This document shows, one piece after another, positions 18,395 through 28,211 of a DNA stretch of 64,000 bases; position 1 is the stretch's first letter, and every line of letters starts with the position of its first letter. The notes below the pieces were generated by a model, which saw nothing but the letters and a program-made list of their open reading frames with translations, was not told the origin of the DNA and ran no database searches. This DNA comes from Candidatus Acidiferrales bacterium (GTDB lineage: Bacteria; Acidobacteriota; Terriglobia; Acidiferrales; UBA7541): assembly GCA_049279675.1 (NCBI GenBank), contig JBAPOP010000007.1, positions 705 through 64,704 of the forward strand, written 5' to 3'. The translations under genes were made by a program, and so were the position numbers.

Positions 18395-18759
18395 ATTCTG
18401 AACAATGGCGCGGCGAATCAACTCGCGTGACCCATATGTTCCCAAAATAAATTTGAGCTTCGCCAAATTAAATCACGCAATCCTTCCGCGCTTGATTAAG
18501 AGAATATGAATGTCACAAGGAACCCGCGCCACACGCAATTCGTCTCTTGTGCGCCAGGCACACTACCGCGACATCTCTCAAACTGTTTCCGCGCAAACTC
18601 CGATGTTCAGATGAGGATCAATACGGCCAGGGCAAAGATTCCCACTCGCATTCACGTTGTTCTGACCGCGCCAGCAGCAGGGTTAGCTTTGAAACATCCT
18701 GTGCTATGCTCGCCCGTCGTGGACCACAGGGACTTGCACGGTCGCGCCTTGTCCGGCGC

Positions 18760-18803
18760 TTGCAACGCAGCCCGAATTCTTGATACCATACCCCCATAGG
18801 GTA
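18760..18803 (+). promoter_or_regulatory. Putative promoter (TTGCAA-N18-TACCAT) overlapped by a CsoR/RcnR-type operator, TACCATACCCCCATAGGGTA
   Basis: The -35-like TTGCAA lies at 18760-18765 and the -10-like TACCAT at 18784-18789. The segment 18784-18803 contains a C5 tract flanked by the AT-rich inverted arms TACC/GGTA. That is the architecture of CsoR/RcnR-family operators. It ends 10 nt before the regulator's ATG. Confidence 0.45.
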
Positions 18804-18813
18804 GTCAACGAAA

Positions 18814-19080
18814 ATGTCTCAAACCAAACGTGAAAAATTGGATTTATTGAATCGCACCAAGAAAGTTGTCGGGCAACTCGAAGGCGTCGAGCGCGCCCTA
18901 AACGCCGATGAACCATGCGCTCATATTCTTCAGCGCCTCGCCGCGGCCAGGGGCGCCATCAACAGTTTGATGGGCGAGCTCATGGAGGATCATATCCGGA
19001 ACCATATGCCGCAAAATACCAAGACCTCCGAGGACGCGGCCGAAGACCTGATTGAAATCGTTCGATCGTACTTGAAGTGA
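18814..19080 (+). CDS. Metal-sensing transcriptional repressor, CsoR/RcnR/FrmR family (C35-H60-H64 fingerprint)
   Basis: This is an 88-aa ORF with ...GQLEGVERALNADEPCAHILQRLAAARGAINSLMGELMEDHIRNHM.... It is colinear with RcnR/CsoR helices. Confidence 0.85.
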   Translation: MSQTKREKLDLLNRTKKVVGQLEGVERALNADEPCAHILQRLAAARGAINSLMGELMEDHIRNHMPQNTKTSEDAAEDLIEIVRSYLK

Positions 19081-19276
19081 AATAAACGCGAATAGAGCCC
19101 GTTATCATGGAGTCCGACTAGGATCGCGCCTCACCAGGGGAATGCCGCAGTTTGGGGGCCCAGGCATCCAGATTGCCCCAATCCGTCATCTCTAGTAGTC
19201 TTTCCCATTCCATCAGGCTCTCGGTCCCACCCGTGACACAGCCAGATGAGGGCATTACGCCTAAGGAGCTGGAATT

Positions 19277-21640
19277 TTGAGAGGGAAGGCGTCACTTTCG
19301 ATTTGGATTCTGCTCGCGGCGGCGTTCTTTTTGCCGTCCTGCGGCGGCGTTGTGAATAACCCCGCTCCCTCTATCACTTCCATCTCCCCGACGAGTATCG
19401 ATGCTGGACAGCCCGGCTTCACACTAACCGTGAATGGCAGCGGGTTCGCTCCGCAATCGCTGATTTATTGGAACGGGAATGCCATCTCGACGATCTTCCT
19501 AACCGGAAACCAGCTCCAAGCCACAATTCCGTCTTCGTTCATCTCTACGCCCGGTAGTTCGATTATCGAAGTACAAACTCCCGCGCCAGGTGGGGGCATT
19601 ACAAGTCAGTTGACGTTTACCATCAATCCGGTCAGCAGCCCGATTCCGATCCTGAACTCGATCACGCCATCGTCTGCGCTGGCCGGGGGAAATCAATTCA
19701 TAATGCATCTCGTTGGTAACAACTTCGAGGCGCAATCGTCTGTCACAATCAACGGTAATGGCCAACAGACACAGTTTCTCGATAGCCAGGACTTGCAGGT
19801 GCAAATCCCTGCCACCGATCTGATTTCAGCCGGCACGCTTTCCGTGGCTGTGCTGAACCCTGCGCCCGGCGGGGGAACCTCGCAGACTCTTCCACTGACG
19901 ATCACTTATGCCGTGCCGGCCGTCACCATGCTCTCGCCAACAAGCGTGGCCGCCGGTGGAAATTCTCAAACTCTCACTGTGACCGGGACAGGAATGACGC
20001 CCGCGACGGTGATCACGTTTAACGGCAATCCGCGGACCACCAATTACACGTCGAACGTCTCGGTGACCGCCGATCTGACCGAGTCCGATCTTTTTACGGC
20101 GCAGATCGCGCAGATCGAAGCCGTAAATCCCTCTCCCGGCGGCGGGACATCCGTAGCTGTTCTCTTCGCAGTAGATGGAATCGTGCCGTCGCTGGCCAGG
20201 CCGGGCTATACCGGATTGCCGGAGTTGGTTGACTATAGCTATCTCGGACTCGCGCCAAATTCCGGCGTGGGCAACTTGAATCTCTCAGGTCCGTCGATCA
20301 ATTCGAACGGCCGCTACGTTGCGTACGCCTCCGCGGCGAGCAATCTCATTTTCAATGACACGAACGGCAACCCAGATGTGTTTCTCGAGGACACTTGTTT
20401 CGCTACGACGACGTGCGTCCCTTCCACGCAACTGGTCAGCATCTCCGGAACGGCCGGGAACGATGTCCCCGGCACGCAAGGAAATTCGGATAGTCTCGAG
20501 CCGTCGGTGAACTCGACGGGAGGATACATCGCGTTTTCCTCTCACGCGACCAATCTCGATCCGAATTACCCTACCCTCAGTGGCACCACGCGACAGGTTT
20601 TCCTCCGCGGCGCATGCATCGGCTCAACTTCCAGCACGAATTGCACCACCGGATTCACCGAGTTGGTTTCTGTCGCCGCGGATGGCGTGAATCCCGCGAA
20701 TGCCGACGCCACGCAGCCATCGGTTAGCACGGATGGCCGGTACGTTGCGTTTGTTTCGACGGCGACGAACCTGATTCCAGGCTTGAATCCCGGCGGAACG
20801 GCGCAGGTCTACCTGCGCGACACATGCCTGAGCACCACGTCGACGTGCACGCCGACGACGGAACTCATTTCTTCGCCTGATGGCGTCACGCCGGCTGACT
20901 CTCCCTCGTCGCAGCCATCGGTGGCCAGCGGCGGGCTTTATGTTTCATATACGACCGCGGCGTCGAATCTCATTAACGGCGTCGTTCCTTCATTCACGCA
21001 GATTTACCGCACGACGACTTGCATCTCTGGATTGGTCAATTGCGTTCCGGTAGTTACTCTCGTTTCCTCGAATGACGGCGTGACTCCGGCCAACGCGGCG
21101 AGTTCGGAATCCTCGATCACCAGCGATGGGCGCTACCTCGCCTTTGCATCCGCGGCGTCAAATCTTGTGCAAACGGCCTCATCTGGAGTCCAACAGATTT
21201 TTGTCCGCGATACTTGTGGCGCATTGATTGCCGGATGCACGGCGGCCACATCACTCGTTTCCATCGCCAACGACAACGTGACGCCCGGCAACGCGTTGAG
21301 CGAGGAGCCGACGATCAACTCGACGACTTCCGGCACCGGAGATGCGCAGTACATCGCGTTCTCGTCGTTATCAACGAACCTTACGACGAACACCACGAAC
21401 GGATTCGAAAATGCCTTCGTGCGCAACACCTGCGCCAATGCCACCGCGTCCCCGACGTGCACGCCCGGCACTGTGCTCCTCAGCACGTCGCAAAACGGCA
21501 CCCTTGCCAACAACGTTTCGCTGCATCCCGCCATCAGCGGAGATGGCCACACCGTGGCGTTCTTGTCACCGGCGACCAATCTCGTCTCGAACTACTCCAC
21601 GGGTCTCGGCGACGTCTTCCTTGTCTCGACGTCTTTTTAG
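19277..21640 (+). CDS. Lipoprotein with N-terminal IPT/TIG repeats and a C-terminal 7-repeat TolB/PD40-like beta-propeller
   Basis: This is a 787-aa ORF with a TTG start 9 nt after AAGGAG and the lipobox FFLPSCGG. It has three or four repeats of about 95 aa that end NP(A/S)PGGG(T/I)S. They are followed by seven repeats of the form GRYVAFxSxAxNL...VFxRDTC-x5-7-C. Confidence 0.75.
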   Translation: MRGKASLSIWILLAAAFFLPSCGGVVNNPAPSITSISPTSIDAGQPGFTLTVNGSGFAPQSLIYWNGNAISTIFLTGNQLQATIPSSFISTPGSSIIEVQTPAPGGGITSQLTFTINPVSSPIPILNSITPSSALAGGNQFIMHLVGNNFEAQSSVTINGNGQQTQFLDSQDLQVQIPATDLISAGTLSVAVLNPAPGGGTSQTLPLTITYAVPAVTMLSPTSVAAGGNSQTLTVTGTGMTPATVITFNGNPRTTNYTSNVSVTADLTESDLFTAQIAQIEAVNPSPGGGTSVAVLFAVDGIVPSLARPGYTGLPELVDYSYLGLAPNSGVGNLNLSGPSINSNGRYVAYASAASNLIFNDTNGNPDVFLEDTCFATTTCVPSTQLVSISGTAGNDVPGTQGNSDSLEPSVNSTGGYIAFSSHATNLDPNYPTLSGTTRQVFLRGACIGSTSSTNCTTGFTELVSVAADGVNPANADATQPSVSTDGRYVAFVSTATNLIPGLNPGGTAQVYLRDTCLSTTSTCTPTTELISSPDGVTPADSPSSQPSVASGGLYVSYTTAASNLINGVVPSFTQIYRTTTCISGLVNCVPVVTLVSSNDGVTPANAASSESSITSDGRYLAFASAASNLVQTASSGVQQIFVRDTCGALIAGCTAATSLVSIANDNVTPGNALSEEPTINSTTSGTGDAQYIAFSSLSTNLTTNTTNGFENAFVRNTCANATASPTCTPGTVLLSTSQNGTLANNVSLHPAISGDGHTVAFLSPATNLVSNYSTGLGDVFLVSTSF

Positions 21641-21667
21641 GAATCTATTTCCAGAGGATTCGAAGCT

Positions 21668-22564
21668 TTACGAGCGTGCGGCGGAGCGCTGCATGATAGC
21701 GCTGCGCGTCTTGCTTAGCGTGAAGGTAAGCGACTCTCGCGGGATGCTTTTGACGAAGGGTCCGACCATCCAGCCTAGCCCGGTCGGAATGTCGCGAGTC
21801 AACGAAATGGAGCGGCATTCCGCGTAGGTGCCGCCGTCTTTTTCCTGAAATCGCCAGTACGTCTGCATCCGCCAGAGGAAGCCGTTGTCGTCTCCGATGG
21901 GCTTCAGTTTCTCATCGCGAGTACCCGCGTTTTCGACTTCCTGTATTCGTGTCGTGTGCGAGCGGCTCGTCGCGCGCGTGGCGTCCAGCAATTGGTAGTG
22001 AACGTCGTGCTCGGTGTCGAGAATGGAAGTAACGACTTCCCGCCTGTAAAGACGGAAATAAACGACGAAATCGTTTCCGTCGCGGCTCAATATTTTTGAG
22101 GACACCACATCCGGCTGAAAAAACTTCTGATGTTCGTTGTAGTCTTCTTCGAACGAAAGCGTTTGCCGCAGCGTCGCGCCGGGAATGAAAACCGTCGCGA
22201 TCCAGTCGTGGACCAATCCATCCGGCACAGCAATCGACTTTCCGGCGTCCAGCGTCTCGAGCGGTTCGATGATCACCTCGCCGCGCCGCAAACGCTGGAG
22301 TGCTGCCGCGCGCTGGTCAACCGGGAGACGATCGATCCAAAGGAACGCCGCTTGATTCGCGTCGAGCCCATCCATTTTTATTTCCGAGAGTTGTACGTAA
22401 TGCCCGAAAGCGTCCACGGTCTGCGATTTCAGGCGCGCGGCGTTCGTGGGTTCCGGACTCATGAGTGCCGCCAGAACCAGGACGATGGAGGCGATTCCCG
22501 CCACCTGCCGTCGATTCCTGCGGGTGACAGATTTGCTCGCCTTTGAATTGCGCTTCATTTCCAT
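21668..22564 (-). CDS. Hypothetical exported or membrane-anchored protein
   Basis: The track ORF is 21668..22699. The likely start is at 22564 (MEMKRNSKASKSVTRRNRRQVAGIASIVLVLAALMS), giving a signal anchor. I recognise no motif in it. Confidence 0.4.
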   Translation of the reverse strand: MEMKRNSKASKSVTRRNRRQVAGIASIVLVLAALMSPEPTNAARLKSQTVDAFGHYVQLSEIKMDGLDANQAAFLWIDRLPVDQRAAALQRLRRGEVIIEPLETLDAGKSIAVPDGLVHDWIATVFIPGATLRQTLSFEEDYNEHQKFFQPDVVSSKILSRDGNDFVVYFRLYRREVVTSILDTEHDVHYQLLDATRATSRSHTTRIQEVENAGTRDEKLKPIGDDNGFLWRMQTYWRFQEKDGGTYAECRSISLTRDIPTGLGWMVGPFVKSIPRESLTFTLSKTRSAIMQRSAARS

Positions 22565-22922
22565 AGAGTTAGACGCTGCAGGCTGGCTCACACATCGATT
22601 ATTGCATGCGAGTAGCCGCGCTCGACTCTTTGGATGCTGTGGAACGGAGGGCGGGGTCTCGGAACCGGACTGACGGTGGGTGTATACCATTTGGCCCACT
22701 CTGTCAGCGGGGGGTCAGGAGGGGTACGCCGACAGGGTGGGCTTGGACGGGTTGGAAGCGTGCCCCGGCTCCTCTCGAAGCCGTCGTCCCCGCAACGCAG
22801 CCCCCAACCCGCACTGACATGATAGAAACCGGACCGGTTCGGAGGAATGGTTCGGAAGACTCATTTCGCACGTACCAGGGGTACAGTACCCGGTCGACGT
22901 TGATGTTTATGAACGTGGATCG

Positions 22923-23420
22923 CTAAGGCTTTGAAGAATTAGGGCTTGCCGGCGGCGGAGTACTCGCTGGTGGCGGCGTGGTAGTTGATGCCGGGGCTTT
23001 GGTACTCGGTGGTGGCTGTGTCGAAGTCGGCGAAGGCTGTGTGGAAGTCGGAGCCGGCTGCGTTGGAAGGTCCTTGGAAGGGCTGGCGGGAATTCGCAGA
23101 GTGACCTTCGTTGTCTTCCCGGTTTGCAGCCGGACGTTTCTTTCCCACGGCGACCAGATGCCTAAGTACGATGCCCGAAGATCATAGGCGCCCGGCAAGA
23201 AACGTTGGAATGAGAATCGCCCTTCTTGGTCGGCTAAGGCTGCATGTGGATGCTCGCCGTTGCCAGATTCCTGCACGATCACTCGCGCCAAAGCCACGGG
23301 TTTATCGTCCAGTCCGTAAACGACGCCTTCGATGGTGCTCGTGACGTCACGGGGATTCGCGGGCGCTGCCACAAGACACAATAATGCGGCGATGCAGACC
23401 GCCGAGATAAACTTTGACAA
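22923..23420 (-). CDS. Exported carboxypeptidase-regulatory-like domain protein with a P/T/S-rich tail
   Basis: This is a 165-aa ORF with a TTG start and a signal peptide. It contains IEGVVYGLDDKPVALARVIVQE...DQEGRFSFQRFLPGAYDLRASY. The tail has PTSTQP repeats. Confidence 0.65.
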   Translation of the reverse strand: MSKFISAVCIAALLCLVAAPANPRDVTSTIEGVVYGLDDKPVALARVIVQESGNGEHPHAALADQEGRFSFQRFLPGAYDLRASYLGIWSPWERNVRLQTGKTTKVTLRIPASPSKDLPTQPAPTSTQPSPTSTQPPPSTKAPASTTTPPPASTPPPASPNSSKP

Positions 23421-23664
23421 CTGACCCCCTTTCCCGCCCGCTCACATTCTATCGCGCCTGGCGGCCGCGACGGAGGCTCTGCGCCGTAAAGGTAAGCCCA
23501 CTCGTGCGAGCGCGCTATCGCAACTAAGCTGCTTGGTCAATCAGCTTGATCGTGCGGATGCACTAGAACTGTCATTCCGAGGAGCGAAGCGACGAGGAAT
23601 CTCCCTTTTGTTTCTGCCATTCCGAAGGGGATTCTTCGTCCGCGCGAGCAGAACAACCGCCACG

Positions 23665-24765
23665 CTACAGCTTGTAGACTTTATGCGCTCGCGCGTGAGC
23701 ATCCTGATCTTGCCGCCCCGAGTCGGCGTTCACGCCGCGGGCGATGGCGATGTAGTAGGTCAATAGTTGCAGCGGAACGAGATGAATGAATGGCGCGAGC
23801 CACACCGCCATTTCCGGCAAGACGATAACGTGCTCGGCGGCGACGTCGCGATTCGCATCGGGCACCGTCACAGCTACCCGCAACATCCCAAGCTCGCCCG
23901 CCGCGCGAAGAATCGTGCGCGCGCGCTCATCGCCAGGCTCCCCTGTCAGCATCGCGACGATCGCGCCGCGCGAATCAATTTCCGAGAATGGGCCGTGCAG
24001 AAGCTCTTCGGTTTCGAAGCCTTCCGCGGCGATGTAACTCGTCTCTTTATTTTTCAGCGCGGCTTCGGTCGCTGTCGCCCAGCACGTCCCTGAACCGAAA
24101 AAGATGAGCCGCTGCTTCACCGAGACTTGCTTGGCAATCTCGCGGATCTTGATTTCGCTGCGGAGCGCTTGGCGCATCAGAGATGGAACTTTTTCGAGCG
24201 CCGCGTCCGCGCTAGTTGCATCCTTGATCAGGCCACGTTGTTCGAGAATGGCGAGAATAAATTTCGCGAGCGCCCCGAGCGCCGTCGTGTAGCTCTTCGT
24301 GTACGCGAACGCGAGTTCCTGCTCGCACGTTTCGATATGAAAGTCTGCGCCCTGAATTCCGTCGCCGGATTTTTGTCCCGTGACGGCAATCGTCATCGCC
24401 CCTGCCGCTTTCGCGGCGCGAAGGGCTTCCACCGATTTCGTCGTCGTGCCGGTGTGCGTGATTACGACGGCAACGTCGTCAGGACCGAGCGCGAGCGGAT
24501 AGTGCACGAATTCAAACGATTGCTCGGCCCGCGCGGATGCTCGCCCGCCCGAATGGAATCGCATCCAGCGCTCGCAAACATTCGCCGCATTCAGCGATGT
24601 CCCGATACCGATGAACACGAAGCGTTTCTTGCCGGCCGCTGCGTTCGCGGCATCCTCGATTTTCGTTCGCTGCTTCGCGAAGACCTGCTCGATCAAATCC
24701 GGCTGCGCTTGAATGGCGTCGTACAGGAAAAATGGGTGTGCGATTCGCGTTTCTGGCATTTGCAT
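23665..24765 (-). CDS. Double SIS-domain sugar-phosphate isomerase/deaminase (GlmS-isomerase/AgaS/FrlB-like)
   Basis: This is a 366-aa ORF with FVFIGIGTSLNAA and LIFFGSGTCWATA, two SIS P-loop-like motifs. It has no glutaminase domain. Confidence 0.75.
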   Translation of the reverse strand: MQMPETRIAHPFFLYDAIQAQPDLIEQVFAKQRTKIEDAANAAAGKKRFVFIGIGTSLNAANVCERWMRFHSGGRASARAEQSFEFVHYPLALGPDDVAVVITHTGTTTKSVEALRAAKAAGAMTIAVTGQKSGDGIQGADFHIETCEQELAFAYTKSYTTALGALAKFILAILEQRGLIKDATSADAALEKVPSLMRQALRSEIKIREIAKQVSVKQRLIFFGSGTCWATATEAALKNKETSYIAAEGFETEELLHGPFSEIDSRGAIVAMLTGEPGDERARTILRAAGELGMLRVAVTVPDANRDVAAEHVIVLPEMAVWLAPFIHLVPLQLLTYYIAIARGVNADSGRQDQDAHARAHKVYKL

Positions 24766-24837
24766 CTTCTCCGGCGGCAGTGTATCCGATAGACTCGCGA
24801 AGCGCGAACGCCAATTTCGCGTAAGCGGGAGGAAGCA

Positions 24838-25098
24838 ATGCCTCGCTATCTATCGCAGCACACACTCGGGTGCCTCACGCGGCAGGGCGTCGAGGAACTG
24901 ACTGCGAGACTCAACGCCGCCACCGCCGTCCGCGCGCGCCGTGTCCTCCTCGCCATGCATGAGGGAAAGCTGCTCGTCGAATTCGATGCCGCGAATCGGG
25001 AAGAATTGGAGAAGTGGCTCACGGCGGAGCAATTCCATTTCGATTGGGTGTTTCGAATCGATTACGAAGCAAGCGGCGGCAATCTCGTTCCAATCTGA
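24838..25098 (+). CDS. Small hypothetical protein, possibly DUF4242-like
   Basis: This is an 86-aa ORF starting MPRYLSQHTL...LLVEFDAANREELEKWL. The resemblance to DUF4242 is from memory only. Confidence 0.35.
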   Translation: MPRYLSQHTLGCLTRQGVEELTARLNAATAVRARRVLLAMHEGKLLVEFDAANREELEKWLTAEQFHFDWVFRIDYEASGGNLVPI

Positions 25099-25195
25099 CG
25101 CACGGTCGCGAAGTCAAGGTGAGTGGCGCAGGCCGCTGCCGCAGATGTCCCTTTTTATTTCACGCAAAATTTTGCGACTGGAATTCCGCGCCCGA

Positions 25196-25714
25196 TCAGT
25201 GCAGTTGGTTCTGTTCGACGCCGTTGTGCCGCGCTTCGTCTTCAAGCGCGCTGATTTTGCCGAGCAAATCCTGTTTCTGCTGGCCTAGCTTCTGGATTTC
25301 CGCCTGCCAATCCGCGTGCCTCATGCGATATTCCTGCACGCCCTTATTGGGCGGCGTCTCGCCATTGAGCGCAGCCTGATACGAGGCGATCTGCTGATCG
25401 ATTCCGCCGACCTGGTTGTTCAGTTTGCCGATCTGAGTCCGGTACCAGTTCGCATTTTTTCCAGCGACGGGTTTCGTCTTTACAGGTTTTGTCTTTGGCG
25501 CCTTGCCCGCATTCGGCGCTGGCGCAGGGGCCGCGTGCCCATTGAAATCATCATTCGTCCAAACTTTCTTCGTTGCAAGTTGGCTTGGCGCGCTGGACGT
25601 CTCAGAAGTTGCGGCGGGCGCCGGCGCGGGCTGCTGGTCCTGCGCGCGCGATGGGGGTGCAAAAGCTAGGATAGCGAATGAAAGTGACGTTGTGAAAATG
25701 AGCCGGATGCGCAT
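25196..25714 (-). CDS. Exported coiled-coil protein, hypothetical
   Basis: This is a 172-aa ORF with a signal peptide (SLSFAILAFAPPSRAQ). It has a P/A/K-rich linker and a C-terminal heptad-like region. Confidence 0.45.
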   Translation of the reverse strand: MRIRLIFTTSLSFAILAFAPPSRAQDQQPAPAPAATSETSSAPSQLATKKVWTNDDFNGHAAPAPAPNAGKAPKTKPVKTKPVAGKNANWYRTQIGKLNNQVGGIDQQIASYQAALNGETPPNKGVQEYRMRHADWQAEIQKLGQQKQDLLGKISALEDEARHNGVEQNQLH

Positions 25715-25790
25715 AGCGCCTCCTATGTAAGCCCATTGTCAGCCTGAAAGTTCACGGCTCGCGATTGAATTGGCCCGCAGTTTCCAAATC

Positions 25791-26714
25791 TTACGGGTCG
25801 CCCATAGCGCCATGCGCCAATTCGTTTCGCACCAGCGTGAGAGCTTGCGCCGGAGGGCCGATACGCCGGTAACGCGTTGTATCCGTGATCTCGTGAGCTT
25901 CAAATGGGAAGAGAAATTTTCTTCCAGTGTAATCGTACTGCACCCGAGTGGGCGCCCAAAAGCCGCGCGCCACTTCTGTGTTGTCGATCGAGAATCGCGC
26001 GCCGCGATAAAGTTTCCCGAGCAATCCTCCGCCGAAACTCACATCTCGAATAATTTCCGCTTCGCCGTGCACGATGTTTCCGGATGCATCGTCCACCCAG
26101 ATTTTCACTCGCGCGTGTGTCAGGACGGCTTCGGGCGTGGTCTGCGCCACGTAATTGGGATCGGGTTCAAGCGCAATAACGTCCAGCAACCGGCCGTCGC
26201 GCGTTTCGTGGCCACCCCAGGTCACGTGAAATGCTTTTCGCGCCGCCTCCACAAGGTCGCGGCGGTCCTTCATTTTTTTCTGCCACTTCGCGTACGCCGC
26301 CTGTTGCCGGGCGTCCTTCGGATTAATCGAGATCTCGAGCACTTGCTCCCAGTCACGTAATTGCTTCCGGTACACCTCAGCATCCACCGGCTTCCCGTCC
26401 TCTTTGATTAGCAAACGCAGCGTTCCTGTGCCAGTCGGAACCACGCGAAATGTTTTGTCATCGACGACGCGCCGATCCGTGCCGTTGAGCATCGAGTGGT
26501 GCTCGATACGTTCGTATTCGTCCATCGCGGCGTCGTTGTTATGCAAGGCGGCGATGATGCGATCGCCGAGAGCCTTGAGTTCGGCGTCGGAAGGCGGACC
26601 GGATTGATCGGCGCCGGCGGAATATGCGTTGATCGCTGGAACCGGCGCCATCGCAAGGCAGACGAGTGCCGCGCAAGCGATTGACGCGGTCGAATTGAGC
26701 AGGATCTTCCTCAT
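25791..26714 (-). CDS. Exported hypothetical protein
   Basis: The track ORF is 25791..26780. The likely ATG at 26714 gives the signal peptide MRKILLNSTASIACAALVCLAMAPVPA. Confidence 0.45.
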   Translation of the reverse strand: MRKILLNSTASIACAALVCLAMAPVPAINAYSAGADQSGPPSDAELKALGDRIIAALHNNDAAMDEYERIEHHSMLNGTDRRVVDDKTFRVVPTGTGTLRLLIKEDGKPVDAEVYRKQLRDWEQVLEISINPKDARQQAAYAKWQKKMKDRRDLVEAARKAFHVTWGGHETRDGRLLDVIALEPDPNYVAQTTPEAVLTHARVKIWVDDASGNIVHGEAEIIRDVSFGGGLLGKLYRGARFSIDNTEVARGFWAPTRVQYDYTGRKFLFPFEAHEITDTTRYRRIGPPAQALTLVRNELAHGAMGDP

Positions 26715-26910
26715 GATTTTCCCGGCTCGCGACTCCCCGTATCTCGGATTCGTCTGGCCAGGTTCCAGTTGCAGGAACATTGTAAGCTGCTTATCCGTTT
26801 GTGCTTCCGGGAAGCCTCTGGACTGTGCGCTCTGGAACTTGCGGATTCCGCGGGATCACCGATATTCGTCGGAATCGATGCGCACCATTCCCGCCGTTCT
26901 CCCGTCTATA

Positions 26911-28188
26911 ATGAGAAACGCCATGGATCGCACTCAGCTCAAGGCCTCCGCGCACAATACAGGCGTCGCTCTGCGCGAGACCGTTGTGCTCGCTCTCGAC
27001 ACGCTTCGCGCCCATAAACTCCGTAGTTCCTTGACGTTACTCGGGGTAATTCTCGCCGTTGCCACGCTGGTCTCGGTGATGTCCGTCCTGAACGGCCTCA
27101 ATCTTTACGTCGCCGACAAGGTGGCGAATCTTGGCGCGAATGCCTTTATCGTCGATCGAGTCGGCATCGTCACGAACATGGAGCAATGGACAAAGGCTCG
27201 CAAGCGCCCGCCTCTCGATATGGGCGATCTCGATGCCCTGCGCGCGGGAATGTCGCTGGCTACGAATATTGCCGGATCGATGCAGACCGTCGCGGACGTC
27301 CGCAACGCCAACGAGCTTCGCGAAAACGTGACCATCCTGGGCACTTCACCCAGCTATGCCGGGATCCGTGATATCGGAGTTTCCTCCGGCCGCTTGCTCA
27401 CGGATGTGGACGAGGAGCACCGTTCTTCGGTCTGCGTTATCGGACCGGACGTCTCGAACCAGTTCTTCCCAGGCAGCGATCCCATCGGCAAGGAAATTCG
27501 CGCTGGGGCGGAACAGTACGAAGTCGTCGGCGTCGCCACCGCGCGCGGCACCATCCTCGGGCAATCACTCGATAATTTCATCATGATGCCGCTCGGGACC
27601 TACCGGAAAGGCTGGCTCGCGCCGCTTGATTCGGTGAGCGTCTTCATTCAAGCGCCGAGCCCCGATCTGATGCCCGAATCGGAAGATGAAGCGCGCGTGA
27701 TTATGCGCGCGCGCCGCCACGTTCCATACGACGCGGAGGATAATTTCGCCGTCATCGCGCCCAATTCGATCACGGGGCTCTGGAACCGGATCACGGGAAA
27801 TGTGTTCGCCATCGCCATTTGGATCACGTCAGTCTTCCTCGTTGTTGGCGGCATCGTCATCATGAACATCATGCTCGCCAGCGTGACGGAGCGAACGCGC
27901 GAAATCGGATTGCGCAAGTCTCTCGGCGCGCGCCGCGTTCATATCCTCATGCAATTTCTGGTCGAATCGTCGCTCCTTTCCGCGACGGGCGGCTTCGTGG
28001 GCGTCGCTCTCGCGCTCGCGATCTCATTTCTCGTCCGCTCCACGACGTCTCTCCCGATTTCGACGCCGTTTTTCACCATCGCCATCGCGCTGACGCTTTC
28101 AACCGTCATCGGCCTATTTTTTGGCATCTATCCGGCCATGCGCGCGGCGAGGCTCGATCCAATCGAAGCTTTGCGCGCGGAAGCTTAG
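26911..28188 (+). CDS. MacB-like ABC transporter permease (MacB_PCD + FtsX)
   Basis: The track ORF is 26629..28188. The likely start is at 26911 or 26923, by alignment with its paralog (LALDTLRAHKLRSSLTLLGVILAV). It has a C-terminal FtsX motif (ERTREIGLRKSLGA). Confidence 0.85.
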   Translation: MRNAMDRTQLKASAHNTGVALRETVVLALDTLRAHKLRSSLTLLGVILAVATLVSVMSVLNGLNLYVADKVANLGANAFIVDRVGIVTNMEQWTKARKRPPLDMGDLDALRAGMSLATNIAGSMQTVADVRNANELRENVTILGTSPSYAGIRDIGVSSGRLLTDVDEEHRSSVCVIGPDVSNQFFPGSDPIGKEIRAGAEQYEVVGVATARGTILGQSLDNFIMMPLGTYRKGWLAPLDSVSVFIQAPSPDLMPESEDEARVIMRARRHVPYDAEDNFAVIAPNSITGLWNRITGNVFAIAIWITSVFLVVGGIVIMNIMLASVTERTREIGLRKSLGARRVHILMQFLVESSLLSATGGFVGVALALAISFLVRSTTSLPISTPFFTIAIALTLSTVIGLFFGIYPAMRAARLDPIEALRAEA

Positions 28189-28211
28189 AGAATGAAATTT
28201 AGAGAATTTCA

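Noticed and set aside
23571-23640. The string GTCATTCCGAGGAGCGAAGCGACGAGGAATC, with a degenerate second copy CCATTCCGAAGGGGATTCTTCG, lies downstream of the SIS gene. It is reminiscent of widespread short repeats that translate to ...SFRGAKRRGIS....
   Set aside because: The window holds only one and a half copies, and the stem is short (ATTCC/GGAAT). Nothing can be concluded without genome-wide counts. It is probably a generic REP or terminator remnant.
28186-28211. A direct repeat TTAGAGAAT-gaaat-TTAGAGAAT lies between the two MacB-type permease genes.
   Set aside because: It is a very short, AT-rich spacer that includes the stop codon and ribosome-binding region. It is most simply a local duplication with no evidence of function.
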